Assembly (NCBI GenBank): GCA_049890215.1
Contig: JBMHBX010000067.1
Span: 116 to 64,115, forward strand
Length of the DNA stretch: 64,000 bases
DNA from: Candidatus Puniceispirillaceae bacterium
GTDB taxonomy: Bacteria > Pseudomonadota > Alphaproteobacteria > Puniceispirillales > Puniceispirillaceae
Direction: 5' to 3'
In this document: positions 10,275 to 20,983 of the stretch, piece by piece
Layout of the letters: each line of letters starts with the position of its first letter
Numbering within the stretch: the stretch's first letter is position 1
Translations under genes and position numbers: made by a program
The notes under the pieces: model-generated
What the model saw: the letters and a program-made list of their open reading frames with translations, nothing else
Told to the model about the DNA's origin: nothing
Database searches by the model: none

Positions 10275-11459
10275 ATGCAGATCCTGCAACCGGCGGTTAA
10301 ACCGTCTAGCGCGCGCTTTTCTTCTGGTCCAACCAAGAAGTATCCCGGCTGGCACCTCTCTCACCTTGACGACACCCATCTTGGCAGGTCACACCGCGCC
10401 AAGAATCCCAAAGCTTCCCTGACATCAGCGATTGACCGCATGGCGCACCTTCTTGGTCTGCCTGAAGGTTATCGTCTTGGCATTGTGCCTGGTTCTGATA
10501 CCGGGGCAGTTGAAATGATCATGTGGTCATTATTGGGTCAAAGAGGGGTCGATATCCTTGCGTGGGAGTCCTTTGGCAAAACCTGGGTAAATGACGCCAC
10601 ACAACAATTACAACTTGATGATTTGCGTCTTATCGAAGCTGATTGGGGCGCATTGCCCGCACTTGATAAGATTGATTTTGATCGAGACGTCCTGTTTACC
10701 TGGAATGGCACCACATCAGGTGTGCGTCTGACAGATGGTGATTTTATTCCGGCAGACAGGCAGGGGCTGACCATCGCAGATGCGACTTCTGCCTGCTTTG
10801 CTATGGATTTGCCATGGGACAAGATTGATATCGCGACTTTTAGCTGGCAGAAATCGCTTGGCGGTGAAGGCGGGCATGGGGTGATTATCTTATCGCCGCG
10901 TGCCGTAGAACGTCTTGAATCTCAGCCTGCGCCGAGAGGGTTGCCAAAGATCTTTCAATTGACCAAAAAAGGCAAATTAATCGAAGGCATATTCAGAGGT
11001 GATACCATCAACACCCCTTCAATGCTGGCAGTTGCTGATTTGCATCTGGCACTTGACTGGGCAGAATCTATTGGCGGCTTGCCTGCCCTGATTGCCCGGT
11101 CAGACAAATCTCTCGCAACAATCGCACAATGGGTGGATAGGACAAGCTGGGTTGATTTTCTGGCCATAGAGCCGGAAACCAGATCAAATACCTCAGTGTG
11201 CCTGAAATTGGTTGCCCCGGAAGTGCTGGCACTTGGCCAGAGTGATCAGGCAGCTTTTGCCAAACAGATGGTCTCTTTGCTGGCCGAGATGGATATCGCT
11301 TATGATATTGGGGCCTATCGCACGGCGCCTGCAGGTTTGCGTATCTGGGCAGGCCCCACGGTTGAGCCAGATGATATCGCAGCGCTTCTGCCATGGCTTG
11401 ATTGGGCATTTGCCATTACCAAAGATGATTTTATGAAAAAGGAGGCACAAGATGCCTAA
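10275..11459 (+). CDS. serC: Phosphoserine aminotransferase (alpha-type SerC)
   Basis: Motifs FSSGPTKK, GIVPGSDTGAVEM and FSWQKSLGGEGG (PLP lysine region) are present. The start was trimmed from the GTG at 10203 to the ATG at 10275, which has a GAGG SD. The 3' end overlaps serA by 8 nt. Confidence 0.9.
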   Translation: MQILQPAVKPSSARFSSGPTKKYPGWHLSHLDDTHLGRSHRAKNPKASLTSAIDRMAHLLGLPEGYRLGIVPGSDTGAVEMIMWSLLGQRGVDILAWESFGKTWVNDATQQLQLDDLRLIEADWGALPALDKIDFDRDVLFTWNGTTSGVRLTDGDFIPADRQGLTIADATSACFAMDLPWDKIDIATFSWQKSLGGEGGHGVIILSPRAVERLESQPAPRGLPKIFQLTKKGKLIEGIFRGDTINTPSMLAVADLHLALDWAESIGGLPALIARSDKSLATIAQWVDRTSWVDFLAIEPETRSNTSVCLKLVAPEVLALGQSDQAAFAKQMVSLLAEMDIAYDIGAYRTAPAGLRIWAGPTVEPDDIAALLPWLDWAFAITKDDFMKKEAQDA

Positions 11460-13035
11460 AGTGTTAATCAGTGACAAGTTAGCCCCGGAAGCGGTGGCTA
11501 TATTCGGAGACAGGGGCGTGGAAGTTGATTTTCGCCCCGGCCTGTCAGCAGAAGAGCTGTCAGAGATCATTGGTGATTATGATGGTCTTGCCATTAGATC
11601 AGCGACCAAAGTGACAGCTGAGCTATTGGCAAAGGCGCCCAATTTGCGCGTCATTGGCAGAGCTGGTATCGGTGTTGATAATGTCGATGTGCCTGCTGCC
11701 ACAAAAGCAGGGGTGATTGTAATGAACACCCCTTTCGGCAATTCTGTTACAACAGCTGAACATGCCATTGCTATGATGTTGTCTCTGACAAGACAAATTC
11801 CGCATGCACACAGCTCCACCATTGCAGGAAAGTGGGAAAAATCCAGGTTCATGGGAACAGAAATCTCAGGCAAGCGTCTTGGCATTATCGGTTGTGGTAA
11901 TATCGGGGCCATTGTGGCTGAAAGAGCGCAAGGTTTGAAAATGCGTGTTCTTGGTTTTGACCCGTTCCTGACAGCTGAACGTGCCAAACAGCTTGGTATT
12001 GAAAAAGTAGAGCTGGATGATCTGCTCACCATGGCAGATTTTATTACGCTTCACACTCCTCTGACAGACGGGACCCGCAATATCATTTCGGCAGACGCGC
12101 TTCAAAAAACGAAAAAAGGGGTGCGGATTATTAATTGTGCGAGAGGCGGGCTTGTTGATGAGGTGGCATTGGCTGCTGCTTTGCATTCAGGTCATGTCGC
12201 AGGGGCAGCGCTTGATGTATTTGAAAAAGAGCCGGCCCATGAAAATATCCTGTTTGAGGCACCCAATCTGATTGCAACCCCGCATTTGGGCGCAAGTACA
12301 GTTGAAGCACAAGAAAAAGTCGCTTTGCAGGTGGCAGAACAAATATCAGATTATCTGATGGATGGGGCCGTCAGCAATGCGCTGAATATGGCAAGTGTGA
12401 CGGCAGAAGAGGCACCGATTCTGCAACCTTATATGAATTTGGGACGCCTTTTGGGCGGCTTTTTAGGGCAAATAGATACAGCTGATATGAAATCAGTTTG
12501 CCTTGAATTTGACGGCAAAGCCTCTCATTTGAATGAGGCACCTGTTCTGGCCTCTACCTTATCTGGTCTGCTTGGGCCAAAGATGGATTCAGTCAATATG
12601 GTGAATGCAGCCTCTGTGGCCTCTGCAAATGGTATTGATGTATCAACTGTTCGTCATGACAGACGTTGTGATTATGAAAGCTTGCTTCGTGTCACAGTGA
12701 GTTTTGAAGGCGGAACAAGAACCATTGCAGGCACATTGGTCGGCGGTAATAAGCCACGCCTTGTCGAAGTGCAGGATATTGCAGTCGAAGCTGATTTTCC
12801 GGAAAATATGTTGTATTTGCGTAATTATGACACGCCTGGTTTCATTGGCGCTCTTGGCAATGTGTTTGGGGATATTGGCCTGAATATTGCAACATTTCAT
12901 CTTGGTCGTAAGGAAGCTGGCGGTGAGGCCATTGCGCTTGTTGAGGTGGATGGCAAAATCGATAATGACGCATTGGAAAAAGTGCGCCATCTGAAACAGG
13001 TAGTCCGCGCTGACAGATTATCTTTCGCAAGCTAG
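11452..13035 (+). CDS. serA: D-3-phosphoglycerate dehydrogenase (long form with C-terminal regulatory domains)
   Basis: It has the NAD-binding motif GIIGCGNIGA and the catalytic region NTPFGN...HLGAST. At 527 aa its length fits the ASB+ACT type. Confidence 0.95.
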   Translation: MPKVLISDKLAPEAVAIFGDRGVEVDFRPGLSAEELSEIIGDYDGLAIRSATKVTAELLAKAPNLRVIGRAGIGVDNVDVPAATKAGVIVMNTPFGNSVTTAEHAIAMMLSLTRQIPHAHSSTIAGKWEKSRFMGTEISGKRLGIIGCGNIGAIVAERAQGLKMRVLGFDPFLTAERAKQLGIEKVELDDLLTMADFITLHTPLTDGTRNIISADALQKTKKGVRIINCARGGLVDEVALAAALHSGHVAGAALDVFEKEPAHENILFEAPNLIATPHLGASTVEAQEKVALQVAEQISDYLMDGAVSNALNMASVTAEEAPILQPYMNLGRLLGGFLGQIDTADMKSVCLEFDGKASHLNEAPVLASTLSGLLGPKMDSVNMVNAASVASANGIDVSTVRHDRRCDYESLLRVTVSFEGGTRTIAGTLVGGNKPRLVEVQDIAVEADFPENMLYLRNYDTPGFIGALGNVFGDIGLNIATFHLGRKEAGGEAIALVEVDGKIDNDALEKVRHLKQVVRADRLSFAS

Positions 13036-13278
13036 CCATCACGGCTTACTTTGCAAAATGCTATTGGGGCAGGGGTGCCCGGTGCAGGGGTGTTCATCTA
13101 TGGACACCCCTGTCCTCACAGTAGTGCAAGTCTGCTTGCTGTTCTGGCTCAAATTTGCTAAATAATCGCAAGTTGATTCCATAAAGGCGGTTTCCTTTTC
13201 CAGTGGATCTCATACTGGGATCAGGCACTTGTTTTTGTGGTAAGCGCAATCACCCGCGATGAAAGTGACAGGCTCATC

Positions 13279-14436
13279 ATGTCTTTTGATAAAAAATCAC
13301 CTGAAGATATGCCATCAGCGCTTTTGCCTGCAGGCTTGCAGGATGTGCTTTATCCTCAGGCACAAAATGATGCCAAGGCATCAGAGATCATCATGGATTG
13401 TCTTGCCGCTTTTGGTTATCAGCGTGTGCAACCACCTTTGGTCGAATTTGAAGACAGCCTTCTTGGTGACAAGCTTGGAGCCGCTTTATCTGATAAAACA
13501 TTCCGTTTGCTTGACCCTTTATCTCATAAGATGATGGCACTTCGCGCTGATATGACAGCGCAAATTGCCCGCATTTCAGGCTCGCGCCTTTCTCATATGC
13601 CGCGGCCTTTGCGATTGTCTTATTGTGGCAGTGTGATGCGTGTTGTCCCGGACGTTCTGAATCCTGAAAGACAGATGGTTCAGGCAGGCGCTGAATTAAT
13701 TGGCAGTAATGATGCGCTTGCCAGTGCTGAGATGGTCAGCCTTGGCGTGCGAGCCTTAAATTTGGCAGGTATTTCAGGCCTGACTGTTGATATGGGTGTG
13801 CCTCATCTGTTTGATCTGATTACCGCTGACTGTGAGGCTGATTTGCAGTCTGATATGGCAGATGCACTGCGTCTGCGTGACAGTGATGCCCTTCTTGCAT
13901 TGGGTCATCCGGCAGCGACTTTATTATCTGATTTATTGCGCGTATCTGGTCAGGATGTGGAGCCTGTCAAAACATTAATGCCACAATTATCAAAAGATGC
14001 CGCCGTGATGGTGGACACTGTTTTGCATGTGCAGTCTGTTGTTAAATCAATCTGGCCTGATTTGCCGATTACGCTTGATTTGCTGGACAGACGTGACGGC
14101 GATTATCACAAAGGTCTGCATTTTGCGATTTTCAGCGAGGGTCTTCGCGGTGAAATCGCAAGAGGCGGCTCTTATCAGACAGGCTATGGAGAAGAGGCAA
14201 CAGGATTGTCTATTTATATGGAGCGTGTATTGCGTGCATTGCCGGCTGCACCAAAACAAGCTTCTATCTATGTTGCGGCGACAGCCGGCCTTGGCACCGC
14301 TATGGCATTGGCAGAACGTGGCAGGTCTGTGATTATGGGAAGCGAAGGTGTCGATCCCAAAAAACAGGCCCGTGAAATGGGTTGTGAGTTTATTATTTTG
14401 CAGGCAGATGACATGCCGCAGGCGCTGGAAGATTAA
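13279..14436 (+). CDS. hisZ: ATP phosphoribosyltransferase regulatory subunit HisZ (HisRS paralog)
   Basis: It is HisRS-like without an anticodon domain. LPAGLQDVLYP and FGYQRVQPPLVEFEDSL are present. The start was trimmed to the ATG at 13279. Confidence 0.8.
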   Translation: MSFDKKSPEDMPSALLPAGLQDVLYPQAQNDAKASEIIMDCLAAFGYQRVQPPLVEFEDSLLGDKLGAALSDKTFRLLDPLSHKMMALRADMTAQIARISGSRLSHMPRPLRLSYCGSVMRVVPDVLNPERQMVQAGAELIGSNDALASAEMVSLGVRALNLAGISGLTVDMGVPHLFDLITADCEADLQSDMADALRLRDSDALLALGHPAATLLSDLLRVSGQDVEPVKTLMPQLSKDAAVMVDTVLHVQSVVKSIWPDLPITLDLLDRRDGDYHKGLHFAIFSEGLRGEIARGGSYQTGYGEEATGLSIYMERVLRALPAAPKQASIYVAATAGLGTAMALAERGRSVIMGSEGVDPKKQAREMGCEFIILQADDMPQALED

Positions 14437-15744
<1,308 letters not shown>

Positions 15745-15746
15745 GC

Positions 15747-16646
15747 CTAGCCGTCATAAGACAGAAGGTTCAATTCTTCAGCCTTGTCTCTGACAGCGCT
15801 TGCCAGCTTTTCAAAAGCGCGCACTTCGATTTGGCGCACACGTTCGCGGCTGACATTAAATTCATTTGCCAATTCTTCGAGGGTCAAAGGCGGCTCTGAC
15901 AGGCGCCGTGCCTCAATAATGCGTTGCTCACGCTCATTCAGCTTAGACATCGCCTCAACCATCAGCGCTTTGCGTGCATCAAATTCCTCTGTTTCTGCAA
16001 AGGTAACTTCCTGATTTGGTGTGCTGTCTTCAAGCCAGTCCTGCCATTCTGTTGCCTGTTCGCCATCTTTGGCGATTGTGGTATTGAGCGAGTGATCATG
16101 GCCTGCCATACGCTGATCCATTGAAATCACATCTGCTTCGGACACATCAAGCGTTTGAGCGATTTCACTCACTTGTTCAGGCTGTAAATGACCCTGATCG
16201 ACATCCTGAATTTTATTTTTAAGGCGGCGTAGATTAAAAAACAGCTTTTTCTGGGCAGAGGTTGTGCCAATTTTGACCAGTGACCAGCTGCGCAAAATAT
16301 ATTCCTGAATGGCAGCTTTAATCCACCACATAGCATAGGTCGCAAGCCGGAATCCTTTTTCAGGCTCAAATTTTTTGACCGCATGCATCATGCCTAAATT
16401 GCCTTCTGAGATCAGATCAGATATTGGCAGCCCATAGCCGCGATAACCCATTGCAATTTTGGCCACAAGGCGCAAATGGCTTGTCACCAATTTGTGCGCT
16501 GCCTCAACATCACCGCGTTCTTTCCATGATTTGGCAAGACCATATTCTTCGTCCGCCTCAAGCATTGGAAATTGTCTGATTTGTTCAAGATACCGCGATA
16601 AATTACCATCAGGGCTAATCGCGGGGATAACAGCGTTTTTTGACAT
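15747..16646 (-). CDS. rpoH: RNA polymerase sigma-32 (heat-shock sigma factor RpoH)
   Basis: Sigma-70 family regions 2-4 are present. The RpoH box is AQKKLFFNLRRLK, and the C-terminal HTH region is ELANEFNVSRERVRQIE. Confidence 0.95.
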   Translation of the reverse strand: MSKNAVIPAISPDGNLSRYLEQIRQFPMLEADEEYGLAKSWKERGDVEAAHKLVTSHLRLVAKIAMGYRGYGLPISDLISEGNLGMMHAVKKFEPEKGFRLATYAMWWIKAAIQEYILRSWSLVKIGTTSAQKKLFFNLRRLKNKIQDVDQGHLQPEQVSEIAQTLDVSEADVISMDQRMAGHDHSLNTTIAKDGEQATEWQDWLEDSTPNQEVTFAETEEFDARKALMVEAMSKLNEREQRIIEARRLSEPPLTLEELANEFNVSRERVRQIEVRAFEKLASAVRDKAEELNLLSYDG

Positions 16647-16727
16647 GCGTTTCTCATCCCTTTATCATTGCCACAAATAATAATACCATGACTGACCGTG
16701 CAATTCAGCCATTGCCTCTATCATACT

Positions 16728-16756
16728 ATATGGGGATGGCATCTGTCCTTTGCAAG
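16728..16756 (-). promoter_or_regulatory. Sigma-32-type promoter upstream of rpoH
   Basis: The - strand reads CTTGCAA-N14-CCCCATAT, about 80 nt upstream of the rpoH ATG. This closely matches the classical CTTGAAA-N13-15-CCCCATnT heat-shock promoter. Confidence 0.55.
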
Positions 16757-16766
16757 AGGCCTGCGC

Positions 16767-17768
16767 CTAGACAGCCTTTGCGCGTCTTTTTATACCTTGT
16801 TCAATTTGTGAAATCAGCCCGGTCATATCGGCAGGTAGAGGGCTGTCAAAGTGCATTTGTTGTTTTGTGATGGGGTGTTCAAACCCTAAATGCGCTGCGT
16901 GAAGTGCCTGACGGGCAAAGCCGCGAAGACCGGCAAGAACATCACGGGCAATCTGATCTGGCATTTGGGCAGAACGCAAGGGGTGTCCATAGACACCATC
17001 ACCGATAATGCCATATCCCATGGCTGATAAATGCACTCTGATTTGGTGCGTGCGACCTGTTTCAAGAGCGCATTCAAGAAGCGCCGCAAAAGGTGGCAGG
17101 TCACGCAATGTCTGATAATGGGTGATGGCCTCTTTTCCTGTGTCTGTCACCGTCATCTTTTTACGATCATAGCGTGATCGCCCGATTGGTTGGTCAATCG
17201 TATCAATTCTGTTTGGTGGCAGGCCCCACACAAGCGCATGATAGCGGCGGTCAAGCGCATGTTTGGCAAACATTTTCGATAATTTAATATGCGCCTTTTC
17301 ACTTTTGGCCGCCATCATCACGCCAGATGTATCTTTATCAAGGCGGTGAACAATACCAGGGCGCGCCACCCCGCCAATCCCGGACAGGCTGTCGCCGCAA
17401 TGATGCAAAAGCGCATTTACAAGTGTGCCTTCATAAGCGCCGGGGGCCGGATGGACCACCATGCCTGCCGGTTTTTCAAGGACAATCAGATGGTCATCTT
17501 CGAAATAAATATCAAGAGGGATATTTTCAGGCTGAGGTGTGGCATCCTGAACAGGCGGCAGCGTGACTTCATAACAAGCCCCTGATTTGACGCTTGCTGA
17601 GGGATCAGTTAATTTGACGCCATCACATGTCAGACTGCCATCTTGTATCAAGGCTTTGAGGCGTGTGCGTGATAACTCAACTTCGCTTGCTGTGGCAAGA
17701 AAACGGTCAAGCCTTTTGCCATTATCTTCTGGCGTGGCGATAATTTGAATAGGGTCTGATTGGTCCAT
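16767..17768 (-). CDS. rluD: 23S rRNA pseudouridine synthase, RluD/RluA family with N-terminal S4 domain
   Basis: An S4-like N-terminus (RLDRFLA) and the catalytic motif HRLDKDTSG are present. Confidence 0.9.
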   Translation of the reverse strand: MDQSDPIQIIATPEDNGKRLDRFLATASEVELSRTRLKALIQDGSLTCDGVKLTDPSASVKSGACYEVTLPPVQDATPQPENIPLDIYFEDDHLIVLEKPAGMVVHPAPGAYEGTLVNALLHHCGDSLSGIGGVARPGIVHRLDKDTSGVMMAAKSEKAHIKLSKMFAKHALDRRYHALVWGLPPNRIDTIDQPIGRSRYDRKKMTVTDTGKEAITHYQTLRDLPPFAALLECALETGRTHQIRVHLSAMGYGIIGDGVYGHPLRSAQMPDQIARDVLAGLRGFARQALHAAHLGFEHPITKQQMHFDSPLPADMTGLISQIEQGIKRRAKAV

Positions 17769-18132
17769 GGAATCAAGTAATAAAGATAAATCCTCACAAA
17801 TAGAAGCGCAAAAGCAAGAAGAGCATAACGCTGAAGGCCCCTTTACCGCCGGTCAGATGCGTGCACTCAAGATGGCGACTGCCATTATGGGGGTCATGAT
17901 TGTGATTTGCGTGATCCTGCTTGGGATTGGTTTATCACGTCAGGCAAATAAAATAGCCTCCAGTGATGAAGCACCTGTTATCATGCTTGATAAACAAACA
18001 CAGATAAAAGCGATCAGCGCAGATGGCAATTCTGGCATCTGGCTTTATACCATCACAGACGGGGTTGAGGCGATCACCTATTATAAATCATCTGGCAAGG
18101 CAGCCGGTGGTTTTGATATTCAGCGACATTAG
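17767..18132 (+). CDS. Hypothetical single-pass membrane protein
   Basis: It has one strong TM segment (MATAIMGVMIVICVILLGIGL) and no motif I can name. The true start may be an internal Met (M31 or M36). Confidence 0.5.
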   Translation: MESSNKDKSSQIEAQKQEEHNAEGPFTAGQMRALKMATAIMGVMIVICVILLGIGLSRQANKIASSDEAPVIMLDKQTQIKAISADGNSGIWLYTITDGVEAITYYKSSGKAAGGFDIQRH

Positions 18133-18488
18133 CCTGACATCATCTGCAAAGCGCTAAGCGTAAAAGCCTCAAGTGATAATTGTGCGATCCCTTCGATCTC
18201 ATAGCCAATGATTGTCGGCAAGCCATAAAAACGGATAAGCAAAAGCCAAAAGCCAACATAAAGAGGTTTTACTCTGTTGATAATCAGGCGATGGGTTAAA
18301 AATCCAAATATCTTAATCAAAGGGTCGGTGGCTTTGTTCAATTGGCGCACACCGATGATTTGGCTGTTTTCTGGCAGAAATATGCCATAGATAAAGCGCC
18401 ATATCACAGCCCATTGCACAAGGCCGACTGCCATATCAATCATCACTATCCAAAGGGCTTCGTCTAACATGTCCTGTTTTATCCTCAA
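18129..18488 (-). CDS. Small integral membrane protein, YggT-like (tentative)
   Basis: It has two or three hydrophobic segments. The central ATDPLIKIFGF resembles the YggT loop motif. The start is more likely the MLDEAL Met at 18470. Confidence 0.45.
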   Translation of the reverse strand: MRIKQDMLDEALWIVMIDMAVGLVQWAVIWRFIYGIFLPENSQIIGVRQLNKATDPLIKIFGFLTHRLIINRVKPLYVGFWLLLIRFYGLPTIIGYEIEGIAQLSLEAFTLSALQMMSG

Positions 18489-18639
18489 GCATGTCTTGTT
18501 GTGTCATTTTGCTTCAAACATAGCAAATCGCGCTAGATAGGCTAGTTATTTTATCAGAAATCGCCTATCTATAGGGGGCAATTATTGGTGGGGCGAAAAA
18601 GCTCACAATAACGGCGCGTTTGTGCAAAAGGAGAGAGCC

Positions 18640-20319
18640 ATGGTCAGTTCGCAATATGTTTATTCAATGTATAAGCTCGGCAAAACCTATCCGGGTGGCA
18701 AGGAAGTGTTGCGGGATATCAGCCTGTCATTTTTGCCGGGCGCAAAAATAGGTGTGCTTGGCCTTAATGGTGCTGGTAAATCGACTTTGCTAAAAATCAT
18801 GGCAGGGATTGAGACCGATTTTACAGGTGAAGCGCAAGCAGCAGACGGTCTGAATGTCGGCTATCTTGCACAGGAGCCTGAATTAGATCCATCAATGGAT
18901 GTGCAGGGCAATGTGATGTCCGGTATGGGCGAGGCCAAAGAGCTTGTTGACAGATTTAACGCTGTCTCTGCCCGCTTTGCTGAAGAGCTTAGCGATGATG
19001 AAATGAATGAGGTTATTGCAGAACAGGCTGATTTGCAGGAAAAAATCGATGCAATGGATGCCTGGGATCTTGAACGCAAAGCGGAAATTGCGATGGATGC
19101 CTTGCGTGTGCCTGATGGCGCGGCTGATGTCACAAAATTATCAGGTGGTGAGCGCCGCCGCGTGGCTTTATGCCGCTTGTTATTATCTGCACCAGATATG
19201 TTGCTGCTTGATGAGCCAACAAACCATCTGGATGCCGAATCAGTGGCATGGTTACAGCGGTTTTTACATGATTTCCCCGGTACAGTGGTCACCATCACAC
19301 ACGATCGTTATTTTCTGGATGAAGTCGCAGGCTGGATTCTGGAGCTTGATAGAGGCGCCGGCATTCCTTATGAGGGCAATTATTCCGGTTGGCTTGAGCA
19401 AAAACAAAAGCGCCTTGAGCAAGAAGGGCGGTCTGAGGATGCGCGTGTTAAATCATTATCACGCGAACTTGACTGGGTGCGCTCTGCGCCAAAGGCACGA
19501 CAAGCTAAATCAAAAGCGCGTATCGCTGCTTATGAAAAGCTGTTGGAAGAAGGCCAATCAGCAAAGATTGAAACTGCCAAGATTGTTATCCCTGCCGGCC
19601 CGCGCCTTGGAGATAAGGTGTTGGAAGCAGATAATCTGGTCAAAGGATTTGGTGAGCGTTTGTTAATTGATGAGGCTAGTTTCCGTTTGCCTCCGGGTGG
19701 TATTGTCGGTGTTATTGGCCCGAACGGCGCAGGTAAGACAACTTTGTTCCGGATGCTAACCGGTATAGAAGAGGCAGATTCCGGGGCGCTGACAGTCGGT
19801 GATACTGTCAAGCTTGGCTATGTTGACCAGTCACGTGACGCGCTTGATGATGACAAGACTGTTTGGGAAGTTATCTCAGACGGGCTTGATGAGCTGGAGC
19901 TTGGCAAACGCACAGTGCCTTCAAGAGCCTATGTCTCTAATTTTAATTTCAAGGGCGCTGATCAGCAGAAAAAAGTAGGTCAGCTATCTGGTGGTGAACG
20001 CAACCGTGTTCATCTGGCGCGTATGCTGAAAAGCGGTGCAAATCTGCTGCTGCTCGATGAGCCGACTAATGATTTGGATGTAGATACATTGCGCGCTTTG
20101 GAAGAAGCATTATTGGAATTTGCAGGTTGCGCCGTTGTGATTTCACACGACAGATGGTTCCTTGATCGTATTGCCACTCATATTCTTGCCTTTGAAGGTG
20201 ACAGCCATGTTGAATGGTTTGAAGGCAATTATGAGGCTTATGAAGCTGACAAAAAGCGCCGTCTTGGCGCTGATGCTGACAGACCAACACGCATTAAATA
20301 TAAGCCTATCGCACGATAG
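18640..20319 (+). CDS. ettA: ABC-F translational throttle protein EttA
   Basis: There are two ABC cassettes (GLNGAGKST/LSGGERRRVAL and GPNGAGKTT/LSGGERNRVHL) and no TM domain. The EttA-type N-terminus YVYSMYKLGKTYPGGKEVL is present. The ATG at 18640 is preceded by AAGGAGAG. Confidence 0.95.
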   Translation: MVSSQYVYSMYKLGKTYPGGKEVLRDISLSFLPGAKIGVLGLNGAGKSTLLKIMAGIETDFTGEAQAADGLNVGYLAQEPELDPSMDVQGNVMSGMGEAKELVDRFNAVSARFAEELSDDEMNEVIAEQADLQEKIDAMDAWDLERKAEIAMDALRVPDGAADVTKLSGGERRRVALCRLLLSAPDMLLLDEPTNHLDAESVAWLQRFLHDFPGTVVTITHDRYFLDEVAGWILELDRGAGIPYEGNYSGWLEQKQKRLEQEGRSEDARVKSLSRELDWVRSAPKARQAKSKARIAAYEKLLEEGQSAKIETAKIVIPAGPRLGDKVLEADNLVKGFGERLLIDEASFRLPPGGIVGVIGPNGAGKTTLFRMLTGIEEADSGALTVGDTVKLGYVDQSRDALDDDKTVWEVISDGLDELELGKRTVPSRAYVSNFNFKGADQQKKVGQLSGGERNRVHLARMLKSGANLLLLDEPTNDLDVDTLRALEEALLEFAGCAVVISHDRWFLDRIATHILAFEGDSHVEWFEGNYEAYEADKKRRLGADADRPTRIKYKPIAR

Positions 20320-20346
20320 ACAGGCCTGATTTATTTATAAAAACCG

Positions 20347-20380
20347 GCAGATGAGAGGATTATATCTCATCTGCTGTTTT
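20347..20380. terminator. Hairpin between convergent ettA and mlaC (possible bidirectional terminator)
   Basis: A 9-bp stem GCAGATGAG/CTCATCTGC is followed by TGTTTT on the + strand. The hairpin overlaps the mlaC stop codon. Confidence 0.45.
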
Positions 20381-20983
20381 GCGAAGCACATCAATCAGAG
20401 CTGAGAATTTACCGCTATTTTTGCGAATAATCGCAGCATTTTCCTGCTGTTGGGTAATCAGCATTGAGATATTTTCAATTTCCACATCAATGATCAAAGC
20501 AGCTTTTCCTTCAACTGTGCTAACGCGCCAACTGACAACAGCATCTGCCTGCGCGCCTGTGGGATCTTTCATAATACCTGTGACAAGGACAAGTTTTTTG
20601 CCTTTCGACACCGCGTCCGTAACAGTGTAATTCAGGCCTTTCAGCTGATCAAATTGCCGGGCAGCAAGACCTGTCAGAACATTGCGAAACAAAATCATAT
20701 ACTCCGCTTGTTCTTCTTTGGTCGCTTTTTTCCAATAGCGTCCTGCTGAAAAACGGGTGATACCATCAAAATCAAAATAGGTATCAAGAAGCTTGTTCAC
20801 TTCTGTAATGCGTGCCTCTTCTGTATCATAGTTTGCTTCGACTGCTGTTTTGACCGCCATAGCCATTTGCGAGACAAGCTCACGCGCCTCATCAATACGT
20901 TGATCAGCCTTGGCAGGGGCCATTAGCATAAACGCGCCTAATAAGGCAATCGCAAGTGCGCGCGCACCTAAATTCATCATCAT
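20360..20983 (-). CDS. mlaC: MlaC/Ttg2D-family periplasmic phospholipid-binding protein
   Basis: It has a signal peptide (APAKA) and the family-typical region FDFDGITRFSAGRYWKKATKEEQAEY...F. It directly abuts mlaA. Confidence 0.75.
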   Translation of the reverse strand: MMMNLGARALAIALLGAFMLMAPAKADQRIDEARELVSQMAMAVKTAVEANYDTEEARITEVNKLLDTYFDFDGITRFSAGRYWKKATKEEQAEYMILFRNVLTGLAARQFDQLKGLNYTVTDAVSKGKKLVLVTGIMKDPTGAQADAVVSWRVSTVEGKAALIIDVEIENISMLITQQQENAAIIRKNSGKFSALIDVLRKTADEI

